Origin: Vicinamibacteria bacterium
Lineage (GTDB): Bacteria; Acidobacteriota; Vicinamibacteria; Marinacidobacterales; Marinacidobacteraceae
DNA: 64,000 nt
Assembly (NCBI GenBank): GCA_963555995.3
Contig: OY821641.1
Span: 32,001 to 96,000 of the forward strand
Direction of reading: 5' to 3'
This document shows positions 58,029 through 64,000 of this stretch, one piece after another. The first letter of the stretch is position 1. Every line of letters starts with the position of its first letter. Both the position numbers and the translations under genes were made by a program. The notes beneath the pieces are model-generated. The model ran no database searches, was not told where the DNA came from, and worked only from the letters and a program-made list of their open reading frames with translations.

Positions 58029-58880
58029 TCAATCCGAATCGGCCCGGCGCATCACGAGCGCCGCGGTCAGGACCAGGAAACTCACCACGTCCCGGTAGCC
58101 CGTGTGGATGTAGAAGGCGGTCAGGTCTTCGGCGATGCCGAGCCCGATGCCGGCGACCAGGATGCCGCCGATGTTGGTGAGTCCGCCCAGCACGACGACG
58201 CAGAAGCTCTTCAGGAGGAAGCGGGCGCCGAACTCGGGGGTGACCGAGTAGAACAGCGACATCAGGCTTCCCGCGGACATCGCCAGCGCGGAACCGATGC
58301 CGAAGGCGACGGCCCACACCCGGTTCACCGGCACTCCGGACAGCGCTGCCGCTTCGCGGTCCTGAGCCACCGCGCGCAGCGCGAGACCCGACCAGGTCCG
58401 CTTCAGCATGAGGGCCAGCACCACGAAGCCGAGCAGCGAGAAGGCGGACACGATCAGCCGCGGGATGCTCAACGTCAGCGGCCCGACCGCCAGCGACTCG
58501 AGCGAATAGGACGTCAGGAGCGACCGGTCGGCCCCGCCGAAGATGAGGTACAGCGCGTTGCGGACGATCAGCCACACCCCGAACAGCAGGAGGAGGGTGG
58601 TGACCGGCGGGCTGTCCCGGAGGCGGAACACCAGGGTCCGCTCCACGGTGGCCCCCAGCGCGAAGCCCAGGGGAACGGTGATCAGGATGGAGACGAGCGG
58701 GTCCATTCCGAACGTCGTGTTGAGCCACCAGGTCACGTACACGCCGAGGGTCAGGAACGCCCCGTGCGCGAGGTTGACGACCCGCAGGACGCCGTAGATC
58801 AGGCCGAGCCCGTACGCCATGTAGGCGTAGACCGTGCCCACCAGGATCCCGGACGCCAGGACGGAGAGGAGGTCAACCAC
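58029..58880 (-). CDS. livH: ABC permease LivH-like
   Basis: GLGLIYGVLRVVNLAHG, GLALRAVAQD, VVLGGL. Confidence 0.92.
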   Translation of the reverse strand: MVDLLSVLASGILVGTVYAYMAYGLGLIYGVLRVVNLAHGAFLTLGVYVTWWLNTTFGMDPLVSILITVPLGFALGATVERTLVFRLRDSPPVTTLLLLFGVWLIVRNALYLIFGGADRSLLTSYSLESLAVGPLTLSIPRLIVSAFSLLGFVVLALMLKRTWSGLALRAVAQDREAAALSGVPVNRVWAVAFGIGSALAMSAGSLMSLFYSVTPEFGARFLLKSFCVVVLGGLTNIGGILVAGIGLGIAEDLTAFYIHTGYRDVVSFLVLTAALVMRRADSD

Positions 58881-59046
58881 GGTGCGGGTTCGTCAGTCGG
58901 CGCGCCTCTTGCCATCGAGGTCCCACCCGGGCCGCCGCCGGGCGGTCGTCGCAGGGTCGCTCCATCGCAGTCCGGCCTGGAGCGCCACGTGGAGCGCCTA
59001 TCCCTGCTTCAAGGTTCTTGGCATGGGGCCGCAGGACGTCGCCGTG

Positions 59047-60294
59047 TCAGCTTCCGAGGTAGGCGGGTCCCTCCGCCGCGTCCGGCGGGAAGACGATGCG
59101 GACCCCTCCCTCCGGCCGGTTCTGAACGATGACGCAGCGGTTCTCGATCTGGAGGCGGCTCTCTTCCGGGAAATACAGCCTGCCGCCCGGAAGCAGGGAG
59201 TCGTCCAGCTCGAGGTTCGCGAGGGCGTCCCGGATCGTCTCCGGCTCCGTGGAGCCCGCGTTCCCGATGGCGGCGATCAGCGCCCGGGCCGCTTCGTAGG
59301 CGACCGCCGGGTAGTACTCGGTGACCGGTCCGCCGAACTGCGCCTCGTACCGTTCGACGAAGTGCCGCGAGCGCTCGTAGGGCAGCGCCCGGGTCCACCA
59401 CTGCGCCGAAACCAGGTGGGAAACCGCTTCGCCGAGGCCCTCGCGAACCGAGCGCTCCGGGCCGCGCGCTCCGTAGCTCACCGCGATGTGCCCGAGTCCC
59501 TGTTCCACGTAGGCGCGGTGTTGCAGCAGGAAATCGGGCTCGTGGGCGTCCGACAGGAACACGTCGGCTTCGACCGAACGCACCTTCACGATCAGCGAGG
59601 TGTGGTCGCTCGAGAGGTGTTCGAACGATTCGTCGAGGACGAGCTCGAACCGGTCGGCCTGCCCTTCGATGACGTCGTGAACGCCGGTCCGGTATTCGCG
59701 GCCGTGGTCGGTGTTCTGCCACACCATCGCCACCCGGAGCGGTTTGGGGAGGCGATCCTGGTCCTGTTCCCACATCAGCCATTCGAGCGTCGTGCTCGCC
59801 AGCGACTCCACCGGGCTGAGCGCCCCGAAGACCCACTGGTTCCCTTCGCGGAAGATGGACTTCGACGCTCCCCCGGCATTCACGAAGGGGACTCCGCGGC
59901 GCATCGGCACGATGACCTGGGCCTGGACGAGCGGGGTGGAATACCCCGAGAGGAGGGCGACGGCGCCGTCCACGGCGATCAGCCGCTCCAGGAGGCTCGG
60001 CGAGATGGAGGCGTCGCTCTTGTCGTCGTAGACGCGCAGCTCGATCGGGCGCCGGACTCCGGCGATCTCCACGCCGCCCGCCGCGTTCGCCTCCTCGACG
60101 GCGAGCTGGTAGCCGTCCCGGAAGAACCCGCCGACGTTCGCGTGCTTGCCGCTCAGCGGGAGCGCCGCCCCGATGCGGATCGCGTCGCCACCGCCTCCCG
60201 AACAGGCCGGAAGACCCACGCACAGCACAAGACCGAGAACGGGAAACCAGCGAGAGCGGGAGTCGGGAGACATGGCGGCAGCCGCGGGAGGCAA
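59047..60294 (-). CDS. Amino acid ABC substrate-binding lipoprotein (LivJ/K-like)
   Basis: LPAC lipobox; IRIGAALPLSG; YDDKSD; start is TTG 60294 or ATG 60273. Confidence 0.88.
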   Translation of the reverse strand: MPPAAAAMSPDSRSRWFPVLGLVLCVGLPACSGGGGDAIRIGAALPLSGKHANVGGFFRDGYQLAVEEANAAGGVEIAGVRRPIELRVYDDKSDASISPSLLERLIAVDGAVALLSGYSTPLVQAQVIVPMRRGVPFVNAGGASKSIFREGNQWVFGALSPVESLASTTLEWLMWEQDQDRLPKPLRVAMVWQNTDHGREYRTGVHDVIEGQADRFELVLDESFEHLSSDHTSLIVKVRSVEADVFLSDAHEPDFLLQHRAYVEQGLGHIAVSYGARGPERSVREGLGEAVSHLVSAQWWTRALPYERSRHFVERYEAQFGGPVTEYYPAVAYEAARALIAAIGNAGSTEPETIRDALANLELDDSLLPGGRLYFPEESRLQIENRCVIVQNRPEGGVRIVFPPDAAEGPAYLGS

Positions 60295-60388
60295 CCCGGA
60301 ATTCTACCAAGGCCGCGCTTGTCCGGCGCACCGATCTGGCGCCTCCTTCCGGCCGCCGCCCGGACCCGGCTCTAAAATCGCGTCCCCC

Positions 60389-61225
60389 ATGCCCAGCCGC
60401 GAGAAGCAGCACCGCGAGGCCGGGATTCCGGCGATGGAGGTCCTGCGGATCCGGGACATCCGGCTGCACGAGGAAGTGGACCTCGCCCGGGTGGCGGCGC
60501 TGATCGAACGGCTGGGTTCCGACGGGATCCTCCGGAATCCTCCCATCGTCGCGCGCCTCGACGACGGCCGCCGGCTGCTCCTTGACGGCGCGAACCGGAT
60601 CGAGGCCCTGCGGCGCCTGGGCATGCGGCATGCCCTCGTGCAGACCGAGACCTTCGGGGATGAGACCCTGGGGTTGGCGCACTGGAACCACGTGATCCGC
60701 GGCCGGCACGCGGCGCAGATCCTCGAGGATCCGCCGGCGGCCACCCGGTTCCAGCGCCCCGGCGAGCCGCCCGGCCCGGAGGAACAGCCCCTTTGCCGTC
60801 TCTGGTCGCCCGCCGGAGCGGCGACGGTGCTGCTGGGCCATCCCGGTCCTCGGGAGCGGGCGGCGGCGCTCCGCGAGCTCTGCACGCGCTACACGCATCC
60901 GCGCGCCCGGCTCGCCCGGATTGCGCACCGGAACCTCGACGAGGTCCGGTCCGCCTACCCCGAGTTCGGCGGACTGCTGGAGTATGCCGACATTTCGAAG
61001 GATCAGGTGCTCGCCACGACCGAGGCCGGCGAACGGTTGCCGTCGGGGATCACCCGGTTCCTGGTTCCCCGGCGCGTCCTGGGTTTCAACCTTCCGCTGT
61101 CGTTCCTGGAGACGGACCTCCCGCTGGACGAGAAGCGCCGCCGCCTCGACGACCTGGTGGCCGCCCGCTTCGAGACCGGGCGGGTCCGCTACTACGCGGA
61201 GCCGGCGTTCGTTTTCGACGACTAG
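60389..61225 (+). CDS. ParB/Srx-fold protein, SbnI/SerK-like (putative free L-serine kinase)
   Basis: IRLHEE..LRNPPIV..LLDGANR..ALRRLG..VQ at the N-terminus; SKDQV..GERLPSGITRFLV.RR.L..NLPLSFL at the C-terminus. Confidence 0.7.
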   Translation: MPSREKQHREAGIPAMEVLRIRDIRLHEEVDLARVAALIERLGSDGILRNPPIVARLDDGRRLLLDGANRIEALRRLGMRHALVQTETFGDETLGLAHWNHVIRGRHAAQILEDPPAATRFQRPGEPPGPEEQPLCRLWSPAGAATVLLGHPGPRERAAALRELCTRYTHPRARLARIAHRNLDEVRSAYPEFGGLLEYADISKDQVLATTEAGERLPSGITRFLVPRRVLGFNLPLSFLETDLPLDEKRRRLDDLVAARFETGRVRYYAEPAFVFDD

Positions 61226-61315
61226 CCGGGGCGCCGCCCCGCGTCCGCGCGCCGGCCTCCGGCTGCGAGACACCCATGATCGCACCCCGCTGGTCATGAA
61301 GACGGCGGAAATGGC

Positions 61316-61474
61316 CTGGAGCGCCGGCTTCAGCCGGCACCCGCTGCGCGAAGCGCAGCGGATGGCACAACGCTGGCGCGCCCGACGGCGTTGGCTCTCC
61401 GTCCATCACCGCGCACAGCGGCACGACATCCGCGAGCCTTCGGCTCGCTGTGCCGGCTGAAGCCGGCGTTCCAA
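61316..61474. repeat. REPIN-like element
   Basis: Closely similar to 3648..3807 including the interior. Confidence 0.9.
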
Positions 61475-61610
61475 GCCGGCACCGCCATCTCGACGGACAC
61501 CGGTTCGCCGAAACTGCATTTTCACAACAACCGGCCGCTCTCGGGGCTCAGGTGGGTTTCACCACCGGCTGTTGTACGATTTTTGACCGCACCGCACACA
61601 GGAGAAATCG

Positions 61611-62360
61611 TTGTCGGGACACAGCAAATGGCACTCGATCCGCCACAAGAAGGCGATCGTGGATGCGAAACGCGGCAAGGCGTTCACCCGGCTGCTCAAG
61701 GAGGTCACCATGGCCGCCCGCCTCGGCGGCGGCGACCAGCAGTTCAACCCGAGGCTGCGGCTGGCAGTCGAGAAGGCAAAGGCCGGGAACGTTCCCCGCG
61801 ACAACATTGACCGCGCCATCAAGAAGGGCACCGGCGACCTCCCCGGATTCCGGCTGGAGGACGCCAGCTACGAGGGCTACGCGGCGGGCGGGGTGGCCGT
61901 CTTCGTCCAGGCGGCGACCGACAACCGGAACCGCACCGTCAGCGACGTCCGCCACCTGTTCTCCAAGTACGGCGGGAACCTGGGGGAAAGCGGCTCTGTC
62001 AACTGGATGTTCGAAAAGGCCGGCCAGTTCCTGGTGCCCAAGGACCAGGCCTCCGAGGACGACCTGATTGACCTGGTCCTGTCGAGCGGCGGCAGCGACG
62101 TGCTCGAGGACGGCGAGCACTGGGACCTCCGTTGCCCGCCGGAGGCGTTCGGGGCCGTCAGGGACGCGCTCGGGTCGAGCGGGATCCAGTGCGACAGCGA
62201 GGAGATCGCCATGCTCGCGACCCAGCACGTCCGGGTCGCCGGCGGGGAAGCCCAGCGGGTCCTCAAGCTCATGGAGGCGCTGGAAGACCACGAGGACGTG
62301 ACCGGCGTGTGGGCGAACTTCGACATGGACGACGAAGAGCTGGACGCGGCCGCGTCCTGA
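61611..62360 (+). CDS. yebC: YebC/PmpR-family protein
   Basis: MSGHSKWHSIRHKK, NPRLR, YEGY, TDNRNRT. Confidence 0.95.
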   Translation: MSGHSKWHSIRHKKAIVDAKRGKAFTRLLKEVTMAARLGGGDQQFNPRLRLAVEKAKAGNVPRDNIDRAIKKGTGDLPGFRLEDASYEGYAAGGVAVFVQAATDNRNRTVSDVRHLFSKYGGNLGESGSVNWMFEKAGQFLVPKDQASEDDLIDLVLSSGGSDVLEDGEHWDLRCPPEAFGAVRDALGSSGIQCDSEEIAMLATQHVRVAGGEAQRVLKLMEALEDHEDVTGVWANFDMDDEELDAAAS

Positions 62361-62370
62361 CTGGCTCCCC

Positions 62371-62919
62371 TTGAATCCGTCCCCCACCGCCGGCGGTTCC
62401 GCGACCCGGCCCGGGATTCGGGTCGTCGGCCTCGACCCCGGTTCGCGGATCGCCGGCTGGGGAGCGGTGGACGAAACGGAGGGCCAGTTGCGCGTCGTGG
62501 ATTTCGGGGTCGTCCGGTGTCCGCCCCGCGACCCGCTCGTGCAGCGCCTCCACCGTCTTCATCGCGAGATCGGGGAAGTCATCGAGCGGCTGCACCCCGA
62601 TGAGGTCGCGGTGGAGTCGGTCTTCAGCGCGGCGAGCGCCGGGGCGGCCCTCACGCTCGGGCACGCACGGGGCGCCGTGCTGGTGGCGGCTGCGGACCTT
62701 CCCGTCGCCGAGTACAGCCCCCGCAGCGTCAAACAGGCGCTCACCGGTTACGGGGCGGCCGGAAAGGGCTCGGTCGCCGGCATGGTGGCCCGGCGGCTCG
62801 GGATGGCGGAACCGCCCGACGCGGAGGATGCGGCGGACGCGCTCGCGGTCGCGATCTGCCATCTGGACGCCCGGCGAGCCAAGGCCCGCCTGGCGCGCGC
62901 CCAGGGACGGCCGCGGTGA
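62371..62919 (+). CDS. ruvC: Holliday junction resolvase RuvC
   Basis: GLDPGS, VESVF, LGHARG, VKQALTGYG, DAADALAVAICH. Confidence 0.95.
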   Translation: MNPSPTAGGSATRPGIRVVGLDPGSRIAGWGAVDETEGQLRVVDFGVVRCPPRDPLVQRLHRLHREIGEVIERLHPDEVAVESVFSAASAGAALTLGHARGAVLVAAADLPVAEYSPRSVKQALTGYGAAGKGSVAGMVARRLGMAEPPDAEDAADALAVAICHLDARRAKARLARAQGRPR

Positions 62920-63521
62920 TCGAGCGCCTCGCCGGCCGGCTGCTCGAGACGGGCGACGGACAGGTGCTGATGGATGTGGGCGGGATCGGCTTCCGGCTCC
63001 AGGTGCCCACCGGCACGGCGTCACGCCTTCCGCCGCCGGGAGACGAGGTCCGCCTCACCGTGCGCATGCTGCTCCACCGCGAGGAAACCGTGCAGCTCTT
63101 TGGCTTCGGCAGCGGTGAGGAGGCGCGCCTCTTCGACCAGCTCCGCGGGGTGAACGGCGTCGGCCCCTCGGTGGCGCTGAATCTCCTGTCGCTGGCCGTC
63201 CCCCGGCTCCGCCAGGCGATCCGGGACAAGGAAGTGAAGTTCCTCCAGGCGGCGCCCGGGGTCGGCGCGAAGCTCGCGCGCCGCCTCATCACGGAACTCG
63301 CGGAAGCGCTTCCCGACGACGAGAGCGACGCGCCGCCACAACCGGCGCCGCGCGATCCGGTCCACGACCAGTTGGTCACCGCCTTCACGAACCTGCAGTT
63401 CACCGACCGGCGCCGGATCGAAGAGGTTGTGCAGTCCGTCCGCGCCGAGCGGCCGGACGCCGAGCTGCAGGAACTCTTCAAGGCGGCTCTCCATCGCCTG
63501 TCTTCCCGAGGAGCGGCATGA
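62916..63521 (+). CDS. ruvA: Holliday junction branch migration protein RuvA
   Basis: MIERLAG, DVGGIGF, LFGF, VNGVGP, PGVGAKLARRLITEL. Confidence 0.93.
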   Translation: MIERLAGRLLETGDGQVLMDVGGIGFRLQVPTGTASRLPPPGDEVRLTVRMLLHREETVQLFGFGSGEEARLFDQLRGVNGVGPSVALNLLSLAVPRLRQAIRDKEVKFLQAAPGVGAKLARRLITELAEALPDDESDAPPQPAPRDPVHDQLVTAFTNLQFTDRRRIEEVVQSVRAERPDAELQELFKAALHRLSSRGAA

Positions 63522-64000
63522 CCGCGCCCTCCCCCTCGCCCGCCGACAACAACGAGTTCTGGGGCCGGGCCCAGGAACGGCTGACGGAGGCTTCCCGCCT
63601 GCTCGCCCGGGTCCGGCGCACTTCCACGGCGCGCCTGGCGGTGGTCCTGGTGGCGCTCGCCCTCGCACTCGGCGCCGGCGACGCCGGGTTCTGGTCCCCG
63701 TGGTGGGTGGTCGTTCCGGGCGCGCTGTTCGTCTGGTTGGCCTACGTTCACGAACGTCTCCTGAACCGGGCGCGCGGCGTCCACCACGTCGCCCAGCTCT
63801 ACCACCGGGCCGCGATCCGGGTGGACCGGGACACCGAAGGGGAGGCGGGGAGCCCCGGCACCCCGGCGGCCGCCATCCGGCGGGGCGGGACTCCCGCCCA
63901 CCGCAACACGGTGGACGAGGACCATCGTCTCGCGGACCGGCGCCACCGGGTCTCCGACCTCGGCGAGAGTCACCTCGGCGACCACCTCGACCTCTTCGGT
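63518..64000 (+). CDS. N-terminus of a membrane-anchored MutS-like protein (runs off window; not in the ORF track)
   Basis: Open frame from ATG 63518 (ATGA overlap with ruvA); two TM segments (ARLAVVLV..; WWVVVPGALFVWLAYVHERL); ends HLGDHLDLFG, like the H....LDLFG motif of TM-MutS proteins. Confidence 0.65.
   Translation, partial: MTAPSPSPADNNEFWGRAQERLTEASRLLARVRRTSTARLAVVLVALALALGAGDAGFWSPWWVVVPGALFVWLAYVHERLLNRARGVHHVAQLYHRAAIRVDRDTEGEAGSPGTPAAAIRRGGTPAHRNTVDEDHRLADRRHRVSDLGESHLGDHLDLFG

Overview
High-GC (roughly 68-70% by eye) bacterial window. The gene content (Oar-like TonB-dependent receptors, CRTAC1/ASPIC, TPR-multiheme, LptD, futalosine pathway, expanded AAA ATPases and Uma2) suggests an Acidobacteriota genome, possibly host- or sponge-associated; this is inference. 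Bases 1-31 kb are accessory: three paralogous TonB receptors, five AAA-type ATPase genes or fragments, an orphan antitoxin, a vapBC pair, a Schlafen/AlbA protein, a 7-heme TPR cytochrome, an ISL3 element with unusual ~100-bp inverted ends, and a partly deleted matrixin-lipoprotein duplication. Bases 31-64 kb are mostly housekeeping: nfuA-like, lptD, DUF92 plus UbiA, glyA, dinG-like, yggS, lepB, cdaR/cdaA, ftsH, tilS, the mqn cluster, a 61-pentapeptide histone-H1-like gene, a LIV-type ABC transporter, an SbnI/SerK-like gene, yebC-ruvC-ruvA and a MutS-like gene. The most striking unexplained structure is two families of covarying, structured intergenic repeats: (i) a 179-bp MITE-like element with exchangeable termini, DnaA-box-containing ends and a tendency to sit on gene ends; (ii) REPIN-like doublets with a conserved 14-bp motif fixed 44-45 bp outside one arm. 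I recognised no rRNA, tRNA or CRISPR array.
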